NCBI GenBank assembly: GCA_903902325.1
Contig: CAIUUO010000202.1
Location: 6,262-70,261, forward strand
Direction of reading: 5' to 3'
Source: an uncultured Bacteroidia bacterium
GTDB taxonomy: Bacteria; Bacteroidota; Bacteroidia; Bacteroidales; Prolixibacteraceae
DNA: 64,000 nucleotides
Shown: piece by piece, positions 26,626-37,259 of the stretch
How the letters are laid out: each line of letters opens with the position of its first letter
Numbering within the stretch: position 1 is the first letter of the stretch
The notes under the pieces: generated by a model
Databases searched by the model: none
The model's input: only the letters and a program-made list of their open reading frames with translations
What the model was told of the DNA's origin: nothing
Made by a program: the position numbers and the translations under genes

Positions 26626-29082
26626 TCAATCGTCATCGCCGTCACTCTCTTTGGATGGAGAGAAAAAAGCCGCATGAACGGGCGCTGGACAAGGTAAATC
26701 CAATCCCTTCACAGATGACCATATTATTTCATTGAACCTGGCATCAGGGATCCTGTCCTCTTTGCTGAAATCAAATTTTTCACTGAGGCTGGACATTTGG
26801 TTATCATCCTTATTCCTTAGGTTCAGATCGACCAGATTGGGAGTAGCCTTGAATGGCGGATGCGTTGCAGTCGTGTTGAAACACCTCCACATGGGTTCGG
26901 CCGAGGCGTCGTATTGGGTCATGGGTGGCAAGCCAAGAATCAATTCGATGGTGCGTAATGCTGAACTTGTTGAATACATGGTATGGTCTACAAAATCCTG
27001 CTTCACAAATCCCCCGGCAACATAGGTGGTCGAGCGGTGGGCATCGACATGATCGGGTCCATTCTGGGCATCATCTTCCAGGATAATGACCACACTTTCA
27101 TTCCATATTGGAGAATGGCTGAGATATTCAATGAACAGGCCACAGGCCAGATCGTTGTCTGCATTGTGCGCTTTTGGAGTCGTACGGCCCTTCCTCAATC
27201 CTTCCGTATGGTCGTTTCCGAACCGCAAGGTATTCAAACGAGGCACATTTCCTGCCGCAAGAAGCGCCTCGAAATCACGTTTCCATTGATGAAAGCGCAC
27301 GGTATCACGAATGGAAAGATCCCATCCGGAGTATTCCTTGCAAAAATGGTCATTCAGTACCGGGATATTTGGTGTGTGGGCGTCAGATATAAACTCACCG
27401 TAACTCCTGTAGGATACCCCGAATTTTTTGCAATAATCCCACAAAAAGCCGTTTTTGTTATTGGCAGTTTCACGCTCTCCTTCGCCCGGATAAAATCCTC
27501 CTCTTCCACCATAACTGGATGGCCAGTTCTTTTCGAGATAGTCTGTGGCATAAGCGCCCATGGTCCAGTTATGACCATCTGCACTGACCTCCCCATCCAC
27601 ATAGAAATTATCAAGCAACACAAATTGTCTGGCCAGATTATGAAAATTGGGAGTGACTTTCTCCCCAAACAGTACAAGACTCGTGTCCCCATTCCCTGCA
27701 CTCATGTCGCCAAGAACCTGATCATAGGTTCTGTTTTCCTTGATGATGTAAAATACATATTTGATTGGGGATAGGTCGCCTACCCTGGATGGTATCGGGT
27801 TGCCGGTTTCACAGGCAGAAGTCATCTCCTTCTCCTTGACATATCTGGTATTACTGTACACGGCCTGGGAATAAATACCCAATTGATTTGCATCTGGGGT
27901 AGGAATTGACTGAAGGATCCCTGTAAATAGACCGCCTATATACTGCACTTTATTGTTTTGTATGTCCGCATGGCGCGCTACGGCCTCTTTTTTGCTCATG
28001 GGATTTGGCCCGAGTGGATTTGCCCTGGAAGTTAGACCCTTGCCGTTGGTCACAAAAATGGTATTGTTGATCACCCTGACACAAGTTGGATACCAGCCGG
28101 TAGGAATAAATCCCTTGCTTTTGCTGTTGCCGGGATTGCTTACGTCGAAAACTGCGAGACAATTGTTGTCGGCGTTGGCAATGTAAAGCGTCTTTTCATC
28201 ATCACTAAGAGCCACGCTGTTCGTAGTTGATCCGGTCGGTGAATCGGGATACAAGGCACTGTTCAATATTTCAATGACCTTGTTTTTTTCCGTAGAAACC
28301 ACTGAAACAGAATTGTCGTTGGCATTACAAACAAACAGGTATTTACCATCGTGGGAGATGCACATATCGTTTGGATTGTCTCCAACTGGTATTGAACCTT
28401 TCACTGTTTGTTTCCTGGTATCAAAAGCAATTACCTTGTCACATCCCCAGCAGGTGACATAGAGGGTTTTATTGTCATCCGACAACAAACAGGCATATCC
28501 TTCACCGCCTAATGCAATTTTATTTTTTATTTTTTTTGATTGCAAATCAATTACATACAAAGAGTTGTTTTCTTTGGTGACGGTATAAAGCAATTGTTGT
28601 TCATCGTCCACCGCAATGCCTGCAATTGAAATTTTTTCAGGCCATTTTTTGCCGAGCACAATGGTGTCTGAAGGAATAATCTTGTTGTTTTTGATCATGT
28701 ATCGCATAATCCAGTTGTCGTTTCCGCCTGATGCATACAGATATTTCCCATCTTTTGAAAATGTCAGGCCAAGCCATCCTTTTGCAATTGTAATTGAATC
28801 AAACAATTGCATTTTTATCGGATCAATAAGCTGAATACTCTGATCGCTTTGTCCGTTATTGGTAACTGCCAACAGCTTTCCGGACGGTGCAATTGCCATA
28901 TTTAAGGGCAAATCTCCAACCGGCAGTAACTTGCCAACCGGAGTAAGCTTCCAGCCATTCGGCAAAGAGACACGGCTTGATTCAATCTCCTTGAGGGTCT
29001 GCGCATTTACCCGGAATGCGAATAATGACCATACAATGATGCAAATGAGTGAAGCAATAAATTTGTTTTTGGCAGAAAACAT
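26626..29082 (-). CDS. YVTN-type beta-propeller fused to a phosphoesterase (phospholipase C / acid phosphatase family) domain
   Basis: 818 aa with a signal peptide. Repeated propeller blades are present (LYVTCWGCDKVIAFD, LFVCNANDNSVSVVS, LYIANADNNCLAVFDV). The C-terminal half carries IKENRTYDQVLGD and EDDAQNGPDHVDAHRS, typical of the phosphoesterase family. Confidence 0.8.
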   Translation of the reverse strand: MFSAKNKFIASLICIIVWSLFAFRVNAQTLKEIESSRVSLPNGWKLTPVGKLLPVGDLPLNMAIAPSGKLLAVTNNGQSDQSIQLIDPIKMQLFDSITIAKGWLGLTFSKDGKYLYASGGNDNWIMRYMIKNNKIIPSDTIVLGKKWPEKISIAGIAVDDEQQLLYTVTKENNSLYVIDLQSKKIKNKIALGGEGYACLLSDDNKTLYVTCWGCDKVIAFDTRKQTVKGSIPVGDNPNDMCISHDGKYLFVCNANDNSVSVVSTEKNKVIEILNSALYPDSPTGSTTNSVALSDDEKTLYIANADNNCLAVFDVSNPGNSKSKGFIPTGWYPTCVRVINNTIFVTNGKGLTSRANPLGPNPMSKKEAVARHADIQNNKVQYIGGLFTGILQSIPTPDANQLGIYSQAVYSNTRYVKEKEMTSACETGNPIPSRVGDLSPIKYVFYIIKENRTYDQVLGDMSAGNGDTSLVLFGEKVTPNFHNLARQFVLLDNFYVDGEVSADGHNWTMGAYATDYLEKNWPSSYGGRGGFYPGEGERETANNKNGFLWDYCKKFGVSYRSYGEFISDAHTPNIPVLNDHFCKEYSGWDLSIRDTVRFHQWKRDFEALLAAGNVPRLNTLRFGNDHTEGLRKGRTTPKAHNADNDLACGLFIEYLSHSPIWNESVVIILEDDAQNGPDHVDAHRSTTYVAGGFVKQDFVDHTMYSTSSALRTIELILGLPPMTQYDASAEPMWRCFNTTATHPPFKATPNLVDLNLRNKDDNQMSSLSEKFDFSKEDRIPDARFNEIIWSSVKGLDLPCPAPVHAAFFSPSKESDGDDD

Positions 29083-29282
29083 GGTATTTTTTTATTTGTT
29101 TGTGTACGTCAAATTACGTGAATAGTTTTCGATCTGCAAATGGTATCAATCAAAAAGGATTTTATAAAATAAAAACACCTGCCTGAATCATCGGGAAGGT
29201 GTCTTTCGTACGGGCAGGACATTTAAATGAGTGATTTTCGAGTTCCGGCTCAGGTTTTGAAAAGAATCAAAAGTTAGCTCAT

Positions 29283-29519
29283 TCAGAGGGTTCTGTGTGT
29301 GCCATCGCAAAATGGGGGATTTTTCGATTTCTTGCATCCGCACAGATACTTTGGACCTGATTCTTCAGCCTTAAAAAACAAGGGTGTAAATTCTGAGCCG
29401 CGGTGCGAACCGTCACAGAAAGGTTGATTTTTACTCTGGCCGCAGGCACACCAATGATACTCTTTGCCCGCTTCAAGTTCGACTACATAAGGAGTTTTTT
29501 GCGCAATTTTTGGTTCCAT
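29283..29519 (-). CDS. CDGSH iron-sulfur domain protein (two CDGSH motifs)
   Basis: 78 aa containing [16 protein letters not shown] and [16 protein letters not shown]. Confidence 0.9.
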   Translation of the reverse strand: MEPKIAQKTPYVVELEAGKEYHWCACGQSKNQPFCDGSHRGSEFTPLFFKAEESGPKYLCGCKKSKNPPFCDGTHRTL

Positions 29520-29643
29520 GTTATTTTTTTTATTTGTTATTAATCACATTCCGATGCAAATCTTCAATCAGAACTATTTTTTAAACTCTTAAATTACTAA
29601 AAATATTGACGTGTTTTATCTTGATTATGAATAAATTAATACA

Positions 29644-29708
29644 AATTGACAATTGACAATTGATAATTTTTCATTTTTCATTTTTCATTTTTCATTTTCA
29701 ATTTTCAT
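29644..29708. repeat. Tandem heptamer repeats (caattga x3, then ttttcat x5)
   Basis: aattgacaattgacaattgataatttttcatttttcatttttcatttttcattttcaattttcat. It overlaps the last codons and the stop of the pirin gene. Confidence 0.85.
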
Positions 29709-30431
29709 AGGTACTTCCATCAGCAGCAATTCAGCATCTTGTGAATCCGATCGTATCGTAATCTTGTCAACATCGCTGATCCCAAATCCGTCTCTTTCAT
29801 TCAACTGCTGATCATTGATTGAAATATTGCCTTTCAGCACAAAGGCATACACCCCATTGCCCTCCTTTTTGAGGGAGTATTCTGTCGTGAATTTATGGTC
29901 GAATTTTCCCAGGTGGAACCAGGCATCCTGGTGAATCCATACTCCGGCATCATTCGGGTTGGGAGAAATTATCTGTTGTAATTTATTGTGCCTGTCTGCG
30001 ATATCCAATGTTAACTGACCGTATCTGGGTATTACATTTTGTTTGTTGGGAAAAACCCAGATCTGTAGGAATTTTACCAGATGATCCTTGTTTTTGTTGT
30101 ATTCACTATGGCGGATGCCAGTCCCGGCGCTCATCACCTGGATGTCCCCATGCCTGATCACGGCCACATTCCCCATGCTGTCCCTGTGCTCAAGATCGCC
30201 TTCCAGCGGTATGCTGATGATTTCCATGTTATCATGTGGATGGGTTCCGAAGCCCATACCTGGAGACACCTGATCATCATTGAGAACCCTCAGTGCTCCG
30301 AAATGGATTCTTAAAGGATCATAATATCCGGCGAAGCTAAAGGTATGTTGACTGTCGAGCCAGCCATGGTTGGCATGCCCGCGGGAATTTGCCTTATGTA
30401 ATACTGTGTTTGCCATAATATTTAGAGTCAA
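29685..30431 (-). CDS. Pirin family bicupin protein
   Basis: 248 aa with the cupin metal motif GFGTHPHDNMEIISIPLEGDLEHRDSMG. The true start may be the second Met (MANTVLHK). The C-terminal residues MKIENEK are encoded by the heptamer repeat. Confidence 0.9.
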   Translation of the reverse strand: MTLNIMANTVLHKANSRGHANHGWLDSQHTFSFAGYYDPLRIHFGALRVLNDDQVSPGMGFGTHPHDNMEIISIPLEGDLEHRDSMGNVAVIRHGDIQVMSAGTGIRHSEYNKNKDHLVKFLQIWVFPNKQNVIPRYGQLTLDIADRHNKLQQIISPNPNDAGVWIHQDAWFHLGKFDHKFTTEYSLKKEGNGVYAFVLKGNISINDQQLNERDGFGISDVDKITIRSDSQDAELLLMEVPMKIENEK

Positions 30432-30689
30432 TTGTATTGGTGCAAAGATGCCAGATAATAAAAAATTACATGTTATAAATTTCGGAAGAACTGTTGCGAT
30501 ATTCGGAAAATGACAGAATAGTCATTCATTTAAAGTACTATTTATAAAGAACTTTGTTTCAATATTTTTGTCATTTATGCTGCATGCCAGGAAAGAAAAT
30601 GCTATATTGGTATCTGATTTAAGAGGCTATCGTTTTTATAACCGCAATAATTTTAGTATTCAAATTTCAGTCTTAGAAAAGGTTCTAAT

Positions 30690-31238
30690 ATGGGAAAACT
30701 GATAATTTTTTGTTTGCTGAGCATACCTGTTTTCATGCTGTCAATGAGAAGCCTGTCAAGTTTCAAAAACCATGGATTTTACAGGTTCTTTAGCTGGGAA
30801 TGCATTTTGTGGCTACTGGTTTCCAATTATAAATTTTGGTTTGAAGATCCATTCATTCCAAGCCAGATTGCTTCCTGGATTTTGCTTTTTGTCTCCATCT
30901 GGTATGTATTGGCAGGAACCATTCTGATGAAGAAACTCGGTAATGCACAAAAAAGCAAGGATCGCGAATCACTCTTCGGGTTTGAAAAGACCACGGAGCT
31001 GATCGACAGGGGAATTTTCGGATACATCAGGCATCCACTCTACGGGTCATTGATTTTACTGACCTGGGGAATCTTCCTTAAGCATGTAACGGTACCTTTA
31101 TTCTTCGTTTCACTGGCTTCTACCATCTTCCTGTATTTTACGGCTGTGTTTGATGAGAAAGAGTGCATTGAGTATTTTGGGGAGCAGTACCGTCAATACA
31201 TGAACCGAAGCAAAATGTTTGTGCCGTTTTTATTCTGA
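30690..31238 (+). CDS. Isoprenylcysteine carboxyl methyltransferase (ICMT/PEMT-like) family membrane protein
   Basis: 182 aa with 4-5 TM helices. Carries GIFGYIRHPLYGSLILLTWG and EEKECIEYFGEQYRQY, typical of the family. Confidence 0.75.
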   Translation: MGKLIIFCLLSIPVFMLSMRSLSSFKNHGFYRFFSWECILWLLVSNYKFWFEDPFIPSQIASWILLFVSIWYVLAGTILMKKLGNAQKSKDRESLFGFEKTTELIDRGIFGYIRHPLYGSLILLTWGIFLKHVTVPLFFVSLASTIFLYFTAVFDEKECIEYFGEQYRQYMNRSKMFVPFLF

Positions 31239-31244
31239 GGAATT

Positions 31245-31622
31245 CTAATCATTGAAAATGGCTCCGAGAATACCCACAATGATCCCCGGAAGGCAGATGA
31301 GGAACAATATGAACATAATGGTTCCCTGGCTAAGATACTGTTCGTATCCCAATGCAGAAAGCAGGTAGATGACTGCGAAGGTCAGTGCGATGATTCCTGC
31401 AAAAATCCAAGCCATAACGGCATAGCTTCTGGCGTGTTTCCAGGTGTGCAGCAGGGTATAGAAAAGGAAACAAACACCTGCCATCCGGGAAGCAATCCCA
31501 ATCAGGTTATGGGATATACCCACCAACTGTGAGGCAACTAAAAGAACCACAGAGATGATAAAATACCAGATGGTCTGCGGACGATTTGGAGGATCAAAAA
31601 GAGAGGTGAAATGATTCTTCAT
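31245..31622 (-). CDS. Small integral membrane protein, function unknown
   Basis: The ORF runs to 31820. The hydrophobic core (4 TM helices) starts after Met67 (MKNHFTSLFD), so the start is placed at 31622. No motif recognised. Confidence 0.4.
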   Translation of the reverse strand: MKNHFTSLFDPPNRPQTIWYFIISVVLLVASQLVGISHNLIGIASRMAGVCFLFYTLLHTWKHARSYAVMAWIFAGIIALTFAVIYLLSALGYEQYLSQGTIMFILFLICLPGIIVGILGAIFND

Positions 31623-31837
31623 ACAAAGGAGTAATGTTTGAATCGGCATTTCCTCAAATTTAAAGTTTTTAAAGAGTATCAGCAAATATATTTCCAGGTT
31701 TTTAGTGCGAGGATATTCGAATTGATTATTCTTCACGAAGTGCCGTGGGACACCAGAGGATACTACCAATGTAACGTTCCAGTCCTGTTTCCAGATTCTG
31801 GGAATAGCAGATTGCAACAATCTTGCCGTATGTTGCC

Positions 31838-33175
31838 TTATTCCTCCGGAGGAACAGTTATTTCAGTTGCAGACTGGATACCTGACGATATTTCTTTGGG
31901 TATATAACCCAATTTGACGTAAACGGGATGTATCGCCTTTCTGATTTCAGGAAGTTTTCTTGCAAAGATGAGCGCTCCCAAAATGCAGGTGATTCCTCCC
32001 ATCAGAATAGTATACTGAACCCCAATCGTTTTTGCCAGGGTTCCTGCCATGAAACTTCCGAAGGGTGCCGTTCCCATAAAGGCCATGGTATAAAAACTCA
32101 TTACCCTGCCTCTTTTGTCGTCATCCACGATGGTTTGCAGAATGGTATTGCTCGATGCCATCTGCAACATCATCCCAAGACCGATGATGATCATCAGGAT
32201 CATGGAGATCAGGAATATTCCGGAAAATGAAAATGCGACCAAACCAATTCCGAATGTCGCTGCAGCCATTGGAATGATCCGGCCCAGACCTAGCACATTC
32301 TTTCGGGAGGCGAGGTAAAGGGCTCCGCTCAGTGCTCCAATCCCGGATGCTCCCATCAGAAAGCCAAATGTATGGGGTCCGCCATGCAGTATCTCTTTGG
32401 CCACAACAGGCATCAGGACGGTATAGGGCATTCCCATCAGACTGACCAACGCCAGCAGAAGAATCATGTATCTGATGGGAAGAGATCCGAACGTATAACG
32501 AAATCCTTCCATGAACTCTTTCAAGATGTGGTTCTCCTTTTTCTTTACTTCGGGAAGCTTTATTTTCATCAGGAACAAGAAAAGCAATACAAAAAGATAG
32601 CTAAAACCATTAATCAGGAAACAATAGCCTTCTCCCGCAAAGGCAATTAACAGACCCGCTATCGAAGGGCCCAATAACCTTGCCCCGTTCACCATCGATG
32701 AATTTAATGCGATGGCATTGCCGAGGTCTTCCTTTTTATCCACCATGTTTATTACAAGGGACTGTCGTGCAGGAACATCGAATGCGTTGACAATGCCGAG
32801 TATCACGCTGAGAACGACAATATGCCAAATTTCAATTGTGCCGGTCAGATAGAGGAATGCCAGAACAAGCGCCTGAATCATCGCCAATATCTGGGTGACA
32901 ATCAAAATATGGTACTTGTTCCAGCGATCCGTGAGAACTCCGGCGAATGGAGAGATCAAAAAGGTTGGAATCTGACCTGCAAACCCGACTACTCCGAGCA
33001 AAAAAACCGAACCCGAAAGGTGATAAACCAGCCAGGGAGTTGCTATTCTCTGGATCCATGTGCCAACCAGCGAAATACTCTGACCACTGAAGAAAAGCCG
33101 ATAATTCCGGTACTGAAGGGAGCGGAATATTCCGTGAAAGTTGGTTTCGTTATTTTGATTCTTACTGATTCTCAT
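31838..33175 (-). CDS. MFS transporter (EntS/DUF894-like)
   Basis: 445 aa with about 12 TM helices. The N-terminus FRSLQYRNYRLFFSGQSISLVGTWIQ and the loop GVLTDRWNK are typical of this MFS subfamily. Confidence 0.85.
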   Translation of the reverse strand: MRISKNQNNETNFHGIFRSLQYRNYRLFFSGQSISLVGTWIQRIATPWLVYHLSGSVFLLGVVGFAGQIPTFLISPFAGVLTDRWNKYHILIVTQILAMIQALVLAFLYLTGTIEIWHIVVLSVILGIVNAFDVPARQSLVINMVDKKEDLGNAIALNSSMVNGARLLGPSIAGLLIAFAGEGYCFLINGFSYLFVLLFLFLMKIKLPEVKKKENHILKEFMEGFRYTFGSLPIRYMILLLALVSLMGMPYTVLMPVVAKEILHGGPHTFGFLMGASGIGALSGALYLASRKNVLGLGRIIPMAAATFGIGLVAFSFSGIFLISMILMIIIGLGMMLQMASSNTILQTIVDDDKRGRVMSFYTMAFMGTAPFGSFMAGTLAKTIGVQYTILMGGITCILGALIFARKLPEIRKAIHPVYVKLGYIPKEISSGIQSATEITVPPEE

Positions 33176-33456
33176 TTTCTACAGATCGCCAGGGTAGATT
33201 TTCATTCGGAGATATAAAGGGTACAGGTGTTTTTGAATAGATGCATCAAACTATTCACATGAAATAAATCTGTTCCCTACAGAAAGTCAAAATTAGGAAA
33301 TAATGATTAAATTCTCCTGTCAATAGGGAATGTCTGTGATATCGTAAGATAGTTCCTGATCAGGCAATATTTAGTGTCTGGCTGATACGTGAATATCGTG
33401 AAATCTGCGCCATTTTACTATTTTTATAAACTTCAATTTACAACTGCCGACAAACT

Positions 33457-34872
33457 ATGGGTAATCAAAGGAATCTGGTAAGGACGCTCGGACTGGGCTA
33501 TGTGGTCATCTTTGTAGTGGCAAACATCATTGGGTCAGGTGTTTATAAAAAAATTGCCCCAATGGCTGCCGAGCTTCATTCATCTGTCTGGATTTTAATT
33601 GCTTGGATTGTAGGCGGGATTATTACCCTTTTTGGCGCACTGAGCAATGCAGAAGTTGCCGGATTACTGGCCGATACGGGTGGGGAATTCATCTATTTCA
33701 AGAAAATTTACAATCGTTTTTTTGCCTTTTTATATGGTTGGTCCCTATTTACGGTGATCCAGACTGCAACCATCTCTTCCCTCGCCTATGTTTTTGCCCA
33801 GTCGCTGAACAGTATAATCCCCATTCCAGAAATTTTACCCTCTATGCAGCATTTCACCATTGGCGGTGTTTTTTATCCTTTCCAGGATTTCGGCGTCAAA
33901 TTGGTTGCTATTCTGTTGATCCTTTTTTTAACGTCAGTCAATATTTCCGGTCTCAAAACAGGAGCTGGGGTTAGCAGGGCGATCATGATGCTCGTATTCA
34001 CCGGACTCGGAGTCATCGTCATTTTCGGTTTGGGCAGCGGACATGCCAGGCCTGCCAATTTTATGGAGATGAGTAATGTCACAAGTGGAGCAGTCACGCT
34101 TTCTTCCTTTTATACCGCCATGCTTGCGGCATTCTGGGCCTATCAGGGCTGGGTTTCAGTTGGTTTTATCGGGGGAGAAGTTAAAAATCCCAGGAGCAAT
34201 ATCCCAAAAGGAATAGTGTTGGGTGTTCTTGTTGTCATCTTCATATATCTGTTGGTGAATGTAACCTACCTGACTCTCCTCTCGATCCCTCAGCTGGAAC
34301 AAATTTATGCGGCAGGCAACCAGATTGCTGCTGTTGAGGCGGTAAGAAGTTTCTGGGGTTCCGGCGGCGTGCTATTTATTTCCCTGCTGATACTGCTCAC
34401 AACCTTAGGCTGCACAAATGCCAGTATTCTCACGGGCGCCCGACCCTACTATGCCATGGCGAAGGACCGGCTGTTCTTCTCAGGGATCGGGAAACTGAAC
34501 AAGGCCAATGTACCATCGAATTCATTGCTATGGCAGGGCATATGGTCATCCGTGCTGGTATTGTCGGGAACATTTGACCAGCTGACGGACATGATCATAT
34601 TTGCGGTTTTTATTTTTTACGGTGCGACTTCGCTGGGAGTATTTATCCTGCGCAGCAAAATGCCCGATGCACACAGGCCTTACAAGGTGTGGGGGTATCC
34701 TGTTGTTCCTGCCATCTTCATCCTGTTTTGCATCGGATTGTTTGTCAATACGATAGTCACCCGGCCGCGTGAGGCTGCCATCGGTATGACCCTGATACTG
34801 GCCGGAATCCCTGTTTATCTTTGGTTGCAAAGAAGAAATTTGAAAACAGAAGATTCCCCTGAAGAGAAATAA
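33457..34872 (+). CDS. Amino acid permease (APC superfamily)
   Basis: 471 aa with 12 TM helices. Carries VVANIIGSGVY near the N-terminus and GGEVKNPRSNIPKG, typical of APC transporters. Confidence 0.9.
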   Translation: MGNQRNLVRTLGLGYVVIFVVANIIGSGVYKKIAPMAAELHSSVWILIAWIVGGIITLFGALSNAEVAGLLADTGGEFIYFKKIYNRFFAFLYGWSLFTVIQTATISSLAYVFAQSLNSIIPIPEILPSMQHFTIGGVFYPFQDFGVKLVAILLILFLTSVNISGLKTGAGVSRAIMMLVFTGLGVIVIFGLGSGHARPANFMEMSNVTSGAVTLSSFYTAMLAAFWAYQGWVSVGFIGGEVKNPRSNIPKGIVLGVLVVIFIYLLVNVTYLTLLSIPQLEQIYAAGNQIAAVEAVRSFWGSGGVLFISLLILLTTLGCTNASILTGARPYYAMAKDRLFFSGIGKLNKANVPSNSLLWQGIWSSVLVLSGTFDQLTDMIIFAVFIFYGATSLGVFILRSKMPDAHRPYKVWGYPVVPAIFILFCIGLFVNTIVTRPREAAIGMTLILAGIPVYLWLQRRNLKTEDSPEEK

Positions 34873-34895
34873 AATTATTTGGGAGGAGATACTCC

Positions 34896-35216
34896 TTAAA
34901 AGGTAATCATTCTGTCGGCCCAAAGAACCAGACTGAGGCAATCATTCATGGTGGACATTGGGCAGGCTTCCGTTTCGCCCATACATCTTGACTTCAGGCA
35001 AGTGCCGCAGGCGAATATCTCTCCCCCGAAATGGACAAAGTCCTTGAGTTTGTCGCCCACATCAAATTTTTCGTGCGTGAGTCCTTCGCATTCAACTGCT
35101 TCTCCCATTAGGAATATTTTGACTTCGTGATCGTGTTTCAATGCTATGAGGCCAAAACGAAATGCATTCCATGCCTTTTCAAACTCTTTTGTCTGAAGAA
35201 TAATTCCAATTTTCAT
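34896..35216 (-). CDS. DsrE/DsrF-like family protein
   Basis: 106 aa. The pattern MKIGIILQT ... IFLMGEAVEC ... ACGTCLKSR resembles small DsrE-fold proteins. Confidence 0.65.
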   Translation of the reverse strand: MKIGIILQTKEFEKAWNAFRFGLIALKHDHEVKIFLMGEAVECEGLTHEKFDVGDKLKDFVHFGGEIFACGTCLKSRCMGETEACPMSTMNDCLSLVLWADRMITF

Positions 35217-35481
35217 GGCAGTATAGTTTAGAGGTTAATTTCTTTGCATGAACTGATACCCAATGTTGTTTGCGGTAGCTCAACTGATGATGAAGCCTTT
35301 CCTTATTCAATGTTGGGAGATCATAGCCAATTGTGAATTTACTTAGAATTTGTATCAGATACAAGAACATCCGGACACTATTTCGGAATACTTTTTACGA
35401 TTTTTGAAAAAAAAAACAGGTATCAGGGGCGAATAAACCCACAATACCTGTCTAATAAATTATCAGCAAGTTGAACTGCCG

Positions 35482-35862
35482 TTACCTGTTCTGCATCCTT
35501 GCAGCTCTTTCTTCGGCTTGTTTTTTGCGGAATGCATCCAACTTGGGTCCCTGTTCAGCTGTTAAGACTGCTTTGATTTTAGCATCTGTATCTGCCTGCA
35601 TCTTCTGTCCCTCTGCCATCATCTTTTCACGGTCCATCTGACCACCGGAGTCGCGCATTTTCTGAAACATTTCTGACCGGGCTTTTTGTGCATCTGTAAC
35701 AATCGGAGTAACCTTGGCTACCTGAGCAGGGGTCAAATTTAATGCAGCTGTCAAACCGTCGAGTTCCCTTTTCAGTCTCTCTTCAGGGGTTCCACCCATT
35801 TGTGCAAAACATGTACTTGCAGCCATAACGGCTACCAAAACTACCATTACTAATTTTTTCAT
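35482..35862 (-). CDS. Secreted helical, Lys/Glu/Ala-rich periplasmic protein (Spy/CpxP-like composition)
   Basis: The ORF extends to 35904, but the probable start is MKKLVMVVLVAVMAAS (signal peptide). The rest is low-complexity and helical. No catalytic motif. Confidence 0.5.
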   Translation of the reverse strand: MKKLVMVVLVAVMAASTCFAQMGGTPEERLKRELDGLTAALNLTPAQVAKVTPIVTDAQKARSEMFQKMRDSGGQMDREKMMAEGQKMQADTDAKIKAVLTAEQGPKLDAFRKKQAEERAARMQNR

Positions 35863-35949
35863 AGGATAAAATTTAAATTTAGTTGTTTGACAATATTCGT
35901 TCATAAAGGTTTAAAAACTCTAGTGCGTATTTGTACGATCCACTGCAAT

Positions 35950-37134
35950 TTAATGTTTCTTGAGAACTTCCAGCATTTTGCGGTCCAATTTTTGTCCATG
36001 CCAATCCTCATAATCAACATCTTTTCTTCCGGAATTCAGTACCCCAAAATCACCCCTGAAGTTCCAGAATGCCCATCCAATGCCGTTTTCGGTCAGTATA
36101 TCCAATACATCGCTGATCCAGGCAATAAATACTTCATGGGGAGTTTCACGGTAGCAACCGCACTCGCCGCAATGTACGCCGATGCCTTTCTGTACTAGTT
36201 CAGTCCAGGGCCGATAGAATTCTTCCAGGTTCTTTCTTCCGAATTCTTTGCCTTTGATCGTACCCGGCCATACAGGAACAGGGGCATCATCAGGATTCTT
36301 CCATACCCATGGTGCCCTGTAATGTGAAACATCACCGGGGTAATATCCCCTGCAGCTTTGTGCCACCTTCAGATCCGAAAGTTCCGGCGTAACAGAGCTC
36401 CCTCCATTGTTCCCATCTGCAAGCACCAGCCTTTCGGGGTTGTATTTCAGAATCGCATCGAGGCAGCCCTCTACTATTTGCCTGTAAAGTTCACCCGGGA
36501 TCGCTTTTCTTGACCCAAACTGGTCATTCATGTCTTCGCGGTAGCAGGGTTCATTGATCAGATCGAAACTGAGTTGCTTTGCGGAGATATTTTTGAACCG
36601 CATTGCCCACATTTCCCAGTGTGCATAGAGCGCCAGTTGGGCTTCGTGATCCTTCCAGAGGTTGAAGGGTTCGTTAAACCCTGCATTGATGCAGAATCCC
36701 GGTACCCGGTGAAGGTTGAGGCTGACATGCATGCCATATTTGTTTGCCAGGTAAACAAGTTTTTCTATCTCTTCGATCGCCTGTTCATTGAAATCCATTA
36801 CCTGTTCAGTTGCAATCCTTTTGTCCTTGTCGGGACCCGGGTCAAACCTGATATAGCTGGGATACTGTACCGGAATACGGACAAAATCAAATCCCCAGTC
36901 GGACATCCATTTCAAATCATCTTCAGTGGTGAGTTCCCTGTTGTGGTGTCGCGGGATAATCATGGGTCTGGAAGTATAGAAATCCAGCAGATTAAATCCG
37001 CGCCAACGGGGAAGCTTGTTGACTTTTTGGTCGGTGTTTGACATTCCCATAACCGAATAACTGCCTGAAAGTCCTAAAAAGGCACTTCCGGCTGCTGCAG
37101 TTTTTACAAATGAACGACGGTTAAACCTTTTCAT
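35950..37134 (-). CDS. Glycoside hydrolase family 5 (cellulase-like), TAT-exported
   Basis: 394 aa with twin-arginine signal MKRFNRRSFVKTAAAGSAFLG. GH5 acid/base motif FDLINEP and nucleophile context GVHCGECG. Confidence 0.85.
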   Translation of the reverse strand: MKRFNRRSFVKTAAAGSAFLGLSGSYSVMGMSNTDQKVNKLPRWRGFNLLDFYTSRPMIIPRHHNRELTTEDDLKWMSDWGFDFVRIPVQYPSYIRFDPGPDKDKRIATEQVMDFNEQAIEEIEKLVYLANKYGMHVSLNLHRVPGFCINAGFNEPFNLWKDHEAQLALYAHWEMWAMRFKNISAKQLSFDLINEPCYREDMNDQFGSRKAIPGELYRQIVEGCLDAILKYNPERLVLADGNNGGSSVTPELSDLKVAQSCRGYYPGDVSHYRAPWVWKNPDDAPVPVWPGTIKGKEFGRKNLEEFYRPWTELVQKGIGVHCGECGCYRETPHEVFIAWISDVLDILTENGIGWAFWNFRGDFGVLNSGRKDVDYEDWHGQKLDRKMLEVLKKH

Positions 37135-37259
37135 TTTGACAAGTTTTTACTGATAAAAAATGATTGATGCCAAATCTATACTAAAGTGCATAGTTTTCTT
37201 TAATTTTGATGTGCCGATTATGATTTTTTTTGAACCATATTGCGATTTTATAGATTTTT

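Noticed and set aside
26983-27774. Long antisense ORFs inside large genes (263 aa at 26983..27774, 221 aa at 12801..13466, 216 aa at 39007..39657, 199 aa at 47054..47653, 186 aa at 51171..51731, 157 aa at 61309..61782 and many shorter ones)
   Set aside because: Each lies entirely within, and opposite to, a longer ORF with clear family motifs. Their translations are compositionally odd (rich in R, S, C and H) and have no motifs. They are typical shadow ORFs.
33355-33364. Perfect 10-bp palindrome CCTGATCAGG and nearby ATATCGT(A/G)A direct repeats in the divergent MFS / amino-acid permease intergenic region, considered as a riboswitch or operator
   Set aside because: The region is too short and too isolated to support a riboswitch call, and I could not match any known riboswitch core. 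It may be a regulator site, but the evidence is a single palindrome.
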